Of a stretch of 64,000 nucleotides of DNA, positions 35,719 to 61,854 are shown piece after piece (positions within the stretch are counted from its first letter, which is position 1; the number at the start of each line of letters is the position of its first letter). The translations under genes and the position numbers were made by a program. This stretch comes from Nitrospirales bacterium (lineage in GTDB: Bacteria; Nitrospirota; Nitrospiria; Nitrospirales; UBA8639), in contig CBDBCZ010000013.1 in assembly GCA_965203295.1 (NCBI GenBank), positions 640,001 to 704,000 on the forward strand, in the 5' to 3' direction. The notes below the pieces were generated by a model. The model was not told the origin of the DNA. It ran no database searches and saw only the letters and a list, made by a program, of their open reading frames with translations.

Positions 35719-38700
35719 ATGATCCTGTTCACATTTGTACAGCTGGCCTTATTGTTCCCTGGACTGTATGTCGGTAAGCCAACCTTTTTCGGTTTGATGT
35801 CTGCATGTGTTAGCCACTAGTAGCTATGGCATAAATGTAGTAGCTGGATTAATTACCTAGCTGCTTGTGCCCGTAATTAGGAGTCTAAGAAGCAAACCCA
35901 TAAATTATGTTGGCTGTGATCAATGCTTTTCAGAATAACAAGCTTTAGTTATAAGCTCACTAACATGTACATGTGTAACTACTGAGGTAAGCCATTATAG
36001 CTAACTGGATTTGGTTTATGGCACAACTATATGGCAGGTATTGTCCCAGCTGGCCTTGATGTATGTGCATTACATTCATGGCATGCATATGTCCTATAGT
36101 GTGTGTACTCAGATATTACTGTGTCCATTTTGACTAGTACCAACTAAGCTACATGTACATACAGATTGTTTCATGAAGGTTCAATTCCTATTTTGTAGGT
36201 ATGTTGTGCTGGTATTTTTCTTTGTACATTAATTTAGCGGCAGATGCAGAAGTCAAACTCTTCAGAGGGAGAAGTTTATCACAGCTGCTTGTTCCAGATC
36301 ATGGCTTTGTACGTCACGCCCAAATTGATGACTTTTACCGTGATATGCCGAGAGATATCCTCCTGGTTGGCATCACTTCCTTCACTAGTTGCTGCTCTCG
36401 TAATTACACTACTGATGGAAAGGAAATCGGGTGGTGGTTCTACCCTAATGGGACAGAAGTTCCTAAAATTCAAAATAACACAGTTGTATGGGATTTTTTT
36501 ACCAGCCGATATAAGAAAAGAGTTTTCCTCTATCGGAGAAAAGGAGGTGCTAATGGCATTCATCGCCTTGACATACCCGTATTAGCAGCTGAAAATGAGA
36601 CACTCTATGTGGGTCTGTACCCCAGTGCAGGTAAGTACGTACAAGATTGATGCAGCTGAAGTATAGCTACATGTATGAGGATAAGGTGACATTTATACTG
36701 AAAATGAGACACTCTATGTGGGTCTGTACCCCAGTGCAGGTAGGTAGCTATGTACAAGATTGATGCAGCTGAAGTATATAGCTACATGTATGAGGATACG
36801 ATGACATTTACACTCTCAATACAGTACTAGTTTTGCAAAGCATCTTACACTTTGGGGCTAGTGTTGTTCCTAGAAAGACAGAATGCTTGGGACTGAGCAC
36901 AGTACTCATATTTTCTTGCTAAAGCAAGGCTAGCACTCATTGCACTTTAGAGTCTTCATGCAGTCATAAACTTATTTCCTTGTAGATTCAGGCAATCCCA
37001 GCATAACTTCAATGCAGTTTACTCTAGCAACAGAGTACACTGTCAGTGAGACACTAGAGTTCAATGTGACCTGCAATTCTGTGGGTGGGCCTGCCACAAC
37101 GGTCACCTGGACAAGAGATGGAGACGCTGTGTCTGGAGGTAACTTCACTGCCACTCGGAGACTGGACGATCCGGTAACAGCTGCCTACAACCTCACACTG
37201 AGTGTTACCGGGAGACAAGGAGGTGTGTACAGGTGCCAGGTGGCCAAGCGTGGTCCAGGTGTGTCAGGTAATCCAGTGATCAGCAGTATGGAGCTCGAAG
37301 TGAAAGGTAAACAAATTTCCTATTCTTGTAATCCACTACTGTAATTGTCAACATTATATGTGAGAGTTACGACTGGGTGACTATCTTTCAGTTGCCAGTC
37401 CGCCAACTGACTTCACTGCTGAGCAAGTAAATGAAACAACAGTTAGAATCTCATGGACACCACCAGCCTCCAAAGAGTCTGTTACTGGCTATCGGATATA
37501 CTACATGGCGACTGACAGCCAGGGTGCCAGGGGTGAATATGTGACCATGAACGTGAATGCATCAGAAACAAGTTGCAAGTTAATCCATGATCTTCAGGCG
37601 GGCCTCAATTACTCCTTCACCATGGTGGCCCTCTCTGAATACCTTCCAAGTGAGATGGTTGGTCCTATCCCTTTAATTATCAAAGCTGTTCCTGGTAAGT
37701 TATAAGTTCTTAGTTTGGTATATTGGTATATATGCAATAAACATTGTACATATCATTTTCCATATAGCTATTCCCATGGTGATAACAATGAAAGTAACTA
37801 CATCATCAGTTTGGTTACAATGGCTTCAACAGAGTGGTGTAAACGATGTCACTCAACCTGATAGCCTAGAAATAGCGTTTCAGTACACTTTGGGGTCTCT
37901 GCACAATAGATTCTGCAGGGACTATCAATACAGTGGCAACGTTACCCTCGCTAATGGCAGTACACACCAATATAACATTACTGATCTACAAGAAGACAGC
38001 GTCTATAACATCACAATCGTGGCAGAAAATGCGGCCGGCAAGTCTGCCCCCAGTGAAGTTGTGATAACCACACTTCAAGCAGGTATGGTAATATATCTTG
38101 GCAGCTGCAGATGTTCCATTCTTTCCTTTTGATCTTCTTTGCATGCAGCTCCATCTGGTACACCTCAAGAAGTAAGAAGAGTTGCTACCACTTCAACCAA
38201 AATCACCATTCAGTGGAGAGAACTTCCTTGCATTGATCGAAATGGTGACATCATGGGCTACACAGTGCGCTATTATAGCATTTCTGGCTGTAATAACACA
38301 ATTCTACACAATGACTCTGATATGCTGGAAGCCACCCTAGTTGACTTGACCCCGTTTACTAACTACTCCATTGAAGTTGCAACAGTCAATGTAATTGGTA
38401 CCGGACCATTCAGCACACCTGTCTACTTGAGAACACATGGTGATAGTAAGTGGATTGATCATTAAGTTAATTTATACCCATGCAATAACATACACGATAA
38501 TCATAATCTAAGATGTTTCGTAACAAAATCATAGAAGGTAACTATATACAGTATAGAATATGGCTACAGTACCGAAAGTACTTGTATAGTGTATTGGTTT
38601 TGATTACCAGGTGTTAATGTCCTCCTTGCCACTTTGGTGTCCGAGTCTTTGTCTGTATCCTGGTTTCTTTGTGCTTGAATCGTGTCTTTTTATTTTCCCT

Positions 38701-40022
38701 TGTGTATGTTTCCATATAATTATGTATGTCCCAGTGTGTACATTCACGGTCATCAGTACAATTATATCTTGGACTACCTGCTCAACCTTCCAATGATAGT
38801 TTGTAGCACTGGTCACTTGTATGTTATTGTAGCACTATTATAGCTATAGGGGCTCACGTAATGCTTATTCTATACACCTTACAGTATACTATAGCTAGTT
38901 GGTCCACCTGACCAGGCTACAGCCTACCTGGCGCAGCACCCCAAGATACTACATAACAGCTAAGTTATTACAGTACTGGCCCAGGTAATATACTTTTTCC
39001 TTTTGATCTTTCCAGCTCCATCTGGTACACCTCAAGAAGTAACAATAGTTGAGTCAACTTCAACCAAAATCACACTTCAGTGGAGAGAAGTTCCTTGCAT
39101 TGAGCAAAATGGTGACATCATAGGCTATACTGTGCGTTATAGCACTTCTGGCAGCAATATAACTCTCCGCAATTACTTTGATACAGTAGCCACTCTTGTT
39201 GACTTGAGCCCATTTACTAACTACTCCATTGGAGTTACAGCAGTCAATGTAAATGGTACGGGACCATTCAGCACACCTGTGTACTTGAGAACAGATCGTG
39301 ATAGTAAGTGGATGTATACACATATGTATTTACAATTTAGTCTACTAATCTGGCTTTTGAAATCACACTTACATGCTTTGACCATGCATGTGGGATCACA
39401 AAAAGTGATACTTTAAAACGTGATAGGGGTTTGAGTGTTTTAATCATGCTGAATGTGTACACACCACTGACGTTGCAGCACTCAGTATAAAAGGTATGGG
39501 ACTATTCACCACACCTGTCTACATGAGAACATGAGGTGATAATAAATGGGTTAATCGAGATCATCTAGCTACTCTTGAAACTGTTTTGAATTCATGTGGA
39601 GGTTCACTCATAATTTTGCACGTATGACCTGTTACTACTTTTTTTTACAGAACCACCTGTGGACAGTACTCCTATAATCATTGGTGCAGTGCTCAGTGTT
39701 ATTGCAGCTGCTATAATCATCTTGATACTCACTATAGTAGGTATTGCTAAATGTCGAGCTCCTAAGGTGACATCACCACAAGAAGATGTTAGGTAAGACG
39801 AGAGTTATGAAGTGCAGCAATGGAATGCTTATATAGTTCTATGATTTCTCCTCCAGAGATACTGCTGCTAAGACTGAGTGCGTGGCCCTTGAAAGTGCTA
39901 AATCTGAGAATTTGCAAGCCTGTGATTTTGAAGTGCCAATGAAGCAATGTATTGCTTATGGTATCATGCGTGATCCGGAAAGCTATGTAAACCCTGAACA
40001 TGTGTATACATCTGTTTCTTAA
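35719..40022 (+). CDS. Type-I membrane receptor: signal peptide, 2 Ig-like, 4 FN3, TM, short Tyr-containing tail (receptor 1, intact)
   Basis: Exons 35719-35773, ~36238/36244-36630, 36986-37306, 37392-37694, 37768-38082, 38149-38445, 39016-39303, 39651-39792, 39857-40022. Ig motif C..GGPATTVTWTRDG..GVYRC; FN3 W/Y/L-P-T-Y motifs; TM IIIGAVLSVIAAAIIILILTIVGIA; tail CIAYGIM..SYVNPEHVYTSVS. Confidence 0.85.
36590..36812. repeat. ~110-bp tandem duplication of the exon 2 end and donor site
   Basis: ctgaaaatgagacactctatgtgggtctgtaccccagtgcagGTA occurs twice (donors after 36630 and 36740). Confidence 0.85.
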
Positions 40023-40865
40023 AGAAAACTGTCAGCATCTTGTGATCTTTTTTTTTGTTTGTTTTCTTATTGCTAGTATCATGCACGTTAGTATGTAGTA
40101 CAATCAGTATTGAAGTAATAAGGCATGACATTGTACATGTATGTAAAAATTTAGCTGTGAGGGTAAAGTGCGCAATGAATTATTCTGGTATGTACAGGAC
40201 AGCTACATGTACTTGACACGAACCTATTACCTGCTATATAGCAATCGTCTATGATAATCAGTGGCCACTGGCTCAATAGCCATCATGATGCTCTGGCAAA
40301 ACAAGCATGGATTTCATAGCATATACTTGCTCTCGGCTAAAATTACTTGGTAAGTGCTTGAATACAGTCATTTTATAGAAAGGTGACCATTTGTTCATTA
40401 CAGCTTTTGGAGTTTTTGCAGCAGTTGAAGTTTTAACTACAGCTTTTACCTGGTGAGTAGTACCATAATCAGCAGCAGTGTATACATACAGTAATAAAAT
40501 AATTGTGCGAACCAAAGAGCTTAGGTTATAGACAGTCTATTGGACCACGTTATCTAATCAGAAATGCATGAGTTTATCCATTTACGCAATGAACATAAAG
40601 CTATCAGTTCTGTGTAGCTATGAAAATATCCATGTTATTGCAGTATGTATAACATCTTCCTTAATATTTGTTTTTCATTGGCTCAATTTTTGTGATGGGA
40701 AAAGCTTCTGTATGAGATTATGGACTCTTGATGATCCTAAGGCTAGTACAAGAAATAACAACTGTTTTTCTTGCTGCACTTTAATTGGTAATGCATAATT
40801 AGCAATATTTTACTAAATCTCTGGCTTGTGTATGACTAGAAACGAATCACTGATTCTGGCCGCAG

Positions 40866-41725
40866 GTGCTCGGATGGTAGTCAGTGGACCAGGCGTCAAT
40901 GGATGGCAGAGTATCCCAGACCATGCCTTTGTTCGCCACAACCAGATTGCCAACGATGAAAATAGAATGTACGTGGCATGTTCTGCATATACTGGGCCAT
41001 GGTTCTTCCCAAATGGGACTGAAGTTCTTATAGAGGCGTGAGAAGTGGCTTCTGATGTGGAATCCATATGAAAACATTATTTCGGAAAGAAGGAGACACT
41101 TTATCACTGTGAAGATCGCAACACCGCTGGTCTGTATAATACCGGTAATGAAAATAAGGCAAGCAATTGCAAGACATACTGCCTGTGCCAATTATGAGTT
41201 AGCTTGGTGACTGATACTGGTAGCTAATACTGGATGATATAAATTGTCTACGTGACACATATATAAGTTCACTAAAATTCTTTATTGAGTTGACCTGTAT
41301 ACATAGGTACTGTACCTGTGTTGTGAAGCTTTGGTGAGGATTCTGTGTATCTTCAGCGTGGGCCGTATAGTGTATATGCATGTAGTTATGCTTGCACAAG
41401 CATAGTAAAAACACATAAACAGCCCTGGTATCAAACCCCCTCTATAGAACCATCCCTGTAACATGCGAGAGATATGACTAAACGACTATCCTGTAGCTAC
41501 TAATCCCCCCACTGACTTCCTTACTAGGCAAGTAACTGAAACAACAGTCAGAATCTCATGAACACCACCAGCCTCCAAAGAATCTGTTACTGGCTATCAC
41601 ATATACTACATGGCAGTGGAGAGCCAGGGTACCAGGGGTGAATTTATGACTGCACCATAAACAAATCAGAAAATTAATGCATGCCCTTCAGCCCGGTATG
41701 TACTCCTTCACCATAGTGGCCCTGC
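40866..41725 (+). pseudogene. Degraded receptor paralog: Ig-like pseudo-exon and FN3 pseudo-exon
   Basis: 40866-~41158 is nearly identical to 42524-42835 until a frameshift after GTEVL. ~41497-41725 matches FN3 exon 37392-37694 with TGG to TGA and deletions. No signal-peptide exon seen. Confidence 0.8.
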
Positions 41726-42280
41726 ATATTTAATATATAGAGGTAATGGCAACAGTTAATTTAAAAGACGTAGCCACAGCTTTTGCCTGAACCATATAGA
41801 GTCAGCAGCAGTGCACACAATAACAATACTAATTGAGAAGTCTACTTACTAGTAGTGGACATTATATCATAATGATTTTCACTCCACCTATCACCCCCAT
41901 GCATCCATTAACATGACTCCATGTAGGAACTGTACCGACCAATGCACTCTATAGCTGATGCCCATCATTGGAGGTTGAACAAGCTGCTATAATAATGCAT
42001 ACTTGTTGGTAGAGTAAGTATACATGTACTCACATAATATAATCCATTGTACAACTTCACTGGTCAATATTCTGACTAAAGATCTCAGCTCATAGCCGGT
42101 TACGTTATCTAAACAAAGCTATCAGTATGAAAACATCCATGTTATTGCAACACATAAAACATATCAGCCCTTAGAATCTACTTAGTATAGCTATAGCGTT
42201 TCCACTTCAGTGAAGAGAATAGCTATTTGAGATAATCAACTCTTGGTGTGACTACTGCAAGAATCAAACCTCACTGAGAA

Positions 42281-45200
42281 ATGATCCTGTTCAAGTTTGT
42301 ACAACTGGTCTTATTGTTCCCTGGACTCTATGTTGGTAGGCCAACCCTCTATATGTTTTGCTACAATCATGCACTTGTATGGATGAACAGTCTAGCTAAC
42401 TATGTACCCTTGCTCAACTGTTTCTCTTGGTGCACTATACAGTTCAAATCGTGATACCCATTTAGCATTAAAAAATCTCTGGCTTGTGTATGGCTAGAAA
42501 TGAATTACTGATTCTGGCCGCAGGTGCTCGGATGGTATTCAGTGGACCAGGCTTCAATGGATGGCAGAGTATCCCAGACCATGCCTTTGTCCGCCACAAC
42601 CAGATTGCCAACGATGAAAATAGAATGTACGTGGCATGTTCTGCATATACTGGGCCATGGTTCTTCCCAAATGGGACTGAAGTTCTTAGAGGCATGAGAA
42701 GTGGCTTCTGGATTGGCATCTATATGCAAACACTATTTCTTCACCGGAAAGAAGGAAACACTCCAAGTGGAATTTATCACTGTGAAGATGATTACAAAAA
42801 TTTGTATGTGGGTCTGTATGATACCAGTAGAGAAGGTAAGGCAAGCAATTGCAAGACATAAAGCACATGACAAATAATGAACTAGCTCAGTGACTGTACT
42901 GGTAGATGATATAGGTTGTCTACATGACTTAAATAAAGTTTACAGCATTCAACTTCATTTTTTTTGACAAATGATGGCACAGACGTTGGTGATCCTAATC
43001 CTACTGTGAATAAAATACAGTTTCACTTAACATCAAACTACAATGCTAAGACAGCAAAGTTTCAATTAAATTGCACTTCTAATGGTGGGCCTGCCACAAC
43101 GGTCACCTGGACAAGGGACGGAGAGGCTGTGTCTGGAGGCAACTTCACTGCCGCTCGGAGACTGGACGATCCGGTAACAGCTGCCTACACCCTCACACTG
43201 AGTGTTACCGGGAGACAAGGAGGTGTGTACAGGTGCCAGGTGGCCAAGAGTGGTCCAGGCGTGACAGGCGATCCAGTGATCAGCAGTATGGAGCTCGAAG
43301 TGAAAGGTAATCAAATTTCCTATTCTTGTAATCCATTACTGTAATTGACATAATTATGTGAGAGTTACGACTGGGTATCTATCCTTCAGTTGCCAGTCCA
43401 CCAACTGACTTCACTGCTGAGCAAGTAAATGAAACAACAGTTAGAATCTCATGGACACCACCAGCCTCCAAAGAGTCTGTTACTGGCTATCGAATATACT
43501 ACATGTATATGGCGACTGACAGCCAGGGTACCAGGAAGATGCATATGAATGCATCAGAAACAAATTGCAAGTTAATCCATGATCTTCAGGCAGGCCTCAA
43601 TTACTCCTTCACCATGGTGGCCCTCTCTGAACACCTTCCAAGTGAGGAGGTTGGTCCTATCAAAGCTGTGCCTGGTAAGTTATAAGTTCTTAGTTTGGTA
43701 TATTGGTATGCAACAAACATTGTACATATCATTTTCCATACAGCTATTCCCATGGTGATAACAATGGAAGTAACTACATCATCAGTTTGGTTACAATGGC
43801 TTCAACAGAGAGGTGTAAACCAACCTGATAGCCTAGAAATAGCATTTCAGTACACTGTGGGGTCTCTGCACAATAGATTCTGCGGGGACTATCAATACTG
43901 CCACTGTATTGATAGTCCCCGCAGAATCTATTGTTACCCTCGCAGAATCTATCGTTACCCTCGCTAATGGCAGTACACACCAATATAATATCACTGGTCT
44001 ACAAGAAGACAGCACCTATAGTATCACAATCGTGGCAGAAAATGAAGCTGGCAAGTCTGCCCCCAGTGAAGTTGTGATATCCACACTTCAAGCAGGTATG
44101 ATAATACATCTAGGTAGCAGAGGCAACAGAAGTCTCATACTTTTTCTTTTGATCTTCTTTCCAGCTCCATCTGGTACACCTCAAGAAGTAACTATAGTTG
44201 ATACTACTTCAACCAAAATTACAGTTCAGTGGAGGGAAGTTCCTTGCATTGAGCAAAATGGTGACATCATAGGCTATACTGTGCGCTATAGCATTTCTGG
44301 CAGTAATATAACTCTACGCAATTACTCTGATACAGTAGCCACTCTTGTTGATTTGACCCCACTTACTATCTACTCCATTGAAGTTGCAGCAGTCAATGTA
44401 AATGGTACCGGACCATTCAGCACACTTGTATACTTGAGAACAGATCGCGAAAGTAAGTGAATGCATAGACATAATAGTTTAAACTTACAATTTAGTCTAC
44501 TAGTCTGGCTTTTGAAAGTGTTCCCTAGCTCATGTCATTCATCTCAACCACATCAACTCCCTTTTCCCTCATGTATACGTGAGTGGTCCAAGCACACTTT
44601 CACTTTGACATGACCCTGCATGTGTGATCCGAGAAAGTGATATATTGTGGAAACTTTGACAGAGGTTTGAGTATAATTATAATCATGCTGAATGTATGCA
44701 TTACACTGATGTTGCAGCATTCATCGTAAACGGTATGGGACCACACGCCACACTTATCTAGCTACATGAGAACATGAAGTGATAATAAGTGGGTTTATTG
44801 AGCAACTCTTGAATTCATGTGGAAGTTCCCCTCATTTTTTGAGTTTGCACGTATAACTTGCAATTACTTTTCTTTACAGAACCACCTGTGGACAGTACTC
44901 CTATAATCATTGGTGCCGTGCTCAGTGTTATTGCAGCTGCTATAATCATCGTGATACTCACTAGAGTAGGTATTGCTAAATGTCGAGCTCCTAAGGTGAT
45001 GTCATCACAAGAAGATGTTCGGTAAGACAAGAGTTATGAAGTGCAGCAATGGAATACTGATTTACTTCTATAATTTCTCCTCCAGAGATACTGCTGCTAA
45101 GACTGAGTGTGTGGCCCTTGAAAGTGCTGGATCTGAGAATTTACAAGCCTGTGAATATGATGTGCCAGTACAGCCGTGCACTGCTTATGGTGTCATGTGA
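42281..45200 (+). pseudogene. Ig/FN3 receptor 2 (signal, 2 Ig-like, 3 FN3, TM), disrupted; pseudogene or truncated secreted form
   Basis: Exons 42281-42335, 42524-42835, 42983-43306, 43391-~43674, 43744-44095, 44165-44452, ~44880-45021, ~45085-45200. Net +46-nt change at 43899-43952 gives a stop at 43965-43967. Arg in the TM segment. TGA at 45198 precedes the NYVNPEHVY tail. Confidence 0.75.
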
Positions 45201-47141
45201 TCTACTGCCCGTGATCCTGAAAATTATGTAAACCCTGAACATGTGTATGTATCATTCTGTTTCCTAAAAAAAACTCTTGTGGTCAATTTTTTGTTTTGTT
45301 GTTGGTAGCTAACATACATGTGCACATTTGTACTATTCAATATTGTAATAGTAAGATGTTTACATGTACGTAAAGTGTGCAATGTACCAATAAATTTTGT
45401 ATGTGTAAAAGCACCATAGCTCTTTGACATATATAGATTATTTATGTGCAACAGTTGAGCCATTATAGCTATATAACTGTATTTGGTTTATAGAGGGCAT
45501 GAGCCATAGCTATAGCCCTAGAAGATATAGTATAATGTCCCATGGTTTAATATGATCACTGTTTTCAGTGTCAATACTGGTAACAGGAATTATAAAGTGT
45601 ACAGTCAGCAATTTATTAGCCTGTACATTTATTGTGTATTTATAATCATGCAAAATGTTGTGTAGAGCAAATATTAAATGCATGAAAACAAATTATATAC
45701 CATGGTACATCAGTTCAAGTTATATGACATTATACACGGTAATGATTCTGAAACTCTATTCAATTCATAAACTTAGAAAGAGATGAACGCAAATCATGCA
45801 CATGTTCTGCCATAGATAATATAGGCTATATTATCTATGGTTCTGCTAACTGCCAAGTCTGTTTGCATAGAGATGCAGGTAGCTGTGAGTTGGAGCTGAG
45901 GAATTGCATGGTGAGGCTGCAGGTTGAGGGCAATCAGCTAGTTGTGTCTGGTATGCCGGTTTCTTCACGTCTAGACGGTGAGCTCCCAGAGGACGATCGC
46001 AAGATGCTTGCTAAATGGCTGGTTATGGAAAAAGATCGCTTTGTGGCCCTTGTTGGAGTGCTGTATTAATTGTGGGGATCCAGGGTGTCAACATTATCTC
46101 AGAATAGAAGTTCTGAAGAAGCTGCTTGAACCAGGAAATGCATGCAGGTCCTTTTGGTAGTCACATTGCAGGTCCAGGGCTGTAAAATACTTTGGCACTG
46201 TGCTCCTGACGTGGTTCGGTAAGTTAGGTGATGTGGTTAGGTGGTGTCATTCATACTTGGCCTGTGAGGCTATCATGGTTGTGGTATATAGGAGAGGCCA
46301 AGCCTCCCTTACAACCGATACCGGTTGGGGCTCCCTTATGTACCAATACCAGTAAGCACAATCAGTATCAAAGGAGGGTACGATTAGGACTGTAAGTGCC
46401 ATCAAGGGTGATGAGGCCAAACTGTGTATAAGGAGTTGATGGGTTGTGATCAGAGGAAGCTGGATGCAGCCCTGGGACCTATGGATGCCATATCTAGTAG
46501 GGACCCCGAACTGTCAATGCCTGAATATAGGAATAAAAAGTGGGCCAAAGATCTATAGAGGTGCAGCTCTTTTTTGCAAGAGGTATAAGTTCATCCTTTC
46601 ATGCAGCTAAACCACTAGGTCTTGCTAAAAACGTATACTACCCCTGGCCTGTTACTCTGCTTACAAGTATCTATGCTCATGCACTTTCATCTCTGCTCAC
46701 CAATACATGTAGCGATCAAGTCTTTACACTTTCATCTCTGCTCACCCATACATGTAGCAATCAAGTCTTTACACTTGGGAGTGCGGTTGACTTAGTATTG
46801 TACTGTTTAGGGGACTCTTAACTCCGTAGTAAGTACTTGATATGGTCGCAGCAGCCCGGAGAGGATAAGTTTCGAGACTTTTATGATACACACACACATA
46901 ATACAAGATCAGGGCTATTTTATAGCCAGAAACAATGGGGTGATGTGTGGCAGGCACATGCAGGGCAGGAGGCAAAGAACAATGGCACAGACAAGAACAG
47001 CCGCTGGCATAGACAAGAACACAGTATAAGACAGGTGGCATGGAGAGATGAGCATACATTGGTAAAATTAAACAATAGGGATCACTATTTCTATAACATA
47101 CAAGTTATTGTTCGTGGAAAGTATACATGCAAGAGTGCCAC

Positions 47142-48019
47142 CAGGGTTCTATCTACTGGGGGGGGGGGCGTGGGGGGGGGGGGGGGGGGGGCGGGGGGGA
47201 AAGTTCCCCCCCAAACACTCCAGCTTCCCCCCCAAAATTTCTGCCAATTTAAATTTAAATAAGTGAAAGTAGTGTCAAGAACTGTAACATACAGTGAGAA
47301 CATGATAATTTTATTCATGTGCTAGCTACTTCCAGTGTCCACTTGAGCATGTCTTCTTCACACTTATGTCATGTTTTTGCTACTACTTCCCCATTTGGTT
47401 AATTAATAACACTTCTTTTACTGTGGTTCACGTACTGCACTAGATGATTTTCGGCAGGGGAAACTTTGACTTAGCTACTTGCAATCTTTAAAGGACTTAC
47501 TTGCAATGTATGGTACACTAGCTAAGAATGTGTCTGTAATACCACAGCTACCTGGACCTCAAAACTGTCTTAAAATACCTCAGAACCACTCTCACAAGGC
47601 TCAAAGTTACAAAATTTTTCTGGGGGGGCATGCCCCCACACCCCCCTAGAAAACTCCGGCCTGTGCATTTGGTTAATTAATAACACTTCTTTTACTGTGG
47701 TTCACGTACTGCACTAGATGATTTTCGGCAGGGGAAACTTTGACTTAGCTACTTGCAATCTTTAAAGGACTTACTTGCAATGTATGGTACACTAGCTAAG
47801 AATGTGTCTGTAATACCACAGCTACCTGGACCTCAAAACTGTCTTAAAATGCCTCAGAACCACTCTCACAAGGCTCAAAGTTACAAAATATTTCTGGGGG
47901 GGCATGCCCCCACACCCCCCTAGAAAACTCCGGCCTGTGGTCGCAGCCCCCCCACCCCCCCACCATTAATTTCAAGCCTGATCTTCTCCCCCAAACTAAA
48001 AATCCTAGATAGAACCCTG
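47142..48019. mobile_element. hAT-like MITE with 5-bp TSD and internal ~274-bp direct duplication
   Basis: cagggttctatcta ... tagatagaaccctg; GCCAC at 47137-47141 and 48020-48024; 47392-47664 repeated at 47666-47938. Confidence 0.8.
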
Positions 48020-48215
48020 GCCACAGTGGAATAATGTGATTTGATAGATAAAAAGAGTCTGTGATTGTGTGTAGATGCAGCTAGACCACTATAGGTCTTG
48101 CCAAAAATGTTCCCTACACAGTGACTGTAATTAATTATTATTATTATGTGGTTGTAAGTTTGCTAAGGCGTCATTTCTTGCTAAAAGTCTCTGACTCTCA
48201 TTTTCTCCTCTTCTA

Positions 48216-60889
<12,674 letters not shown>

Positions 60890-61628
60890 CTATATCTATA
60901 GAGGAGAAGAAACAAACACAACTATGATTACAACTCTCCCTAAGAAATGTAATTAGAAATTATACGGTAGGGGAATGTGTGTGTTTGGGTAGGGGTGCCT
61001 TGTGCATAAAAATTCTATAGTGTCGTCTACAGAGAAGATTTAATTTTTTCATCACAGGGCATGCCAGGGTGACCTTAGATATTACCAGCTAAAACTATAT
61101 CGAAAAAAAATCGGGGATGCATATTATACTTGATGCTAACTGAAGCAAAGACTGTACTATAATTACAGTAGTGTGCTCCATAGTTGTTAGCCATTAGGGC
61201 AGTGACTTGGTAATTATAGCTACAAGGGTTTTTATACAAACTTTGTAGGTCAATCTTGTAAAAGGAAACGTTTCAGGTACATGTACCTTCCATATTACCT
61301 TATACACGCTGTAATTATATACACCGAAATAAAGAAGGGTTAGTTTAACCTAGCCAAGGTATGGTTATCCCAGTTGTATATAGCTTCTCAGTTGCAGCCT
61401 CTCTATGTAACATGCAGCTCCACTATTGTGCATTTTGAGTGGGACATGTAATGGTGACAGCATCTACGATTTAGGGAAAGGATTCAGCCACACCCACTGC
61501 CACAGACTGCAGGTTGTAGAATTATCTGCAGTTATATATATAGCCATGCAGCTAGTCTAACTTCCCTCCTAGGAGCAGAATTTACTAGCTGTACACAGCC
61601 CATTTAGTCCAACTTCTCTCATAGGAAG

Positions 61629-61854
61629 CAGGGTTTCATAAGAGGGGTGCTGGGTACCCTGCATGAGATTTCCTCCCTGGCAAAAGTTCCCCCCATTTTG
61701 AAAAGATATGTCATAATTCAAGGTTTAATGAGTCTAGCCAGGTTGCAATCTCAGGGCAGTTGCATGCCCCCAGACCCCCCTAGAAGGAGGTTTGCTCTTC
61801 TGAAAAAGTTCCCCCCCCCCCCCCTGCAAAAAATGTATCCTGTTTGAAACCCTG
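61629..61854. mobile_element. hAT-like MITE with 5-bp TSD, apparently nested in an older inverted-repeat element (~61545-61975)
   Basis: cagggtttca ... tgaaaccctg; GGAAG on both sides; outer imperfect IR catgcag..cttccctc / gagggaag..ctgcatg. Confidence 0.6.

Noticed and set aside
45863..46500. Coding-like GC-balanced stretch with short ORFs
   Set aside because: Interrupted by stops and no recognisable motif; cannot support a call.
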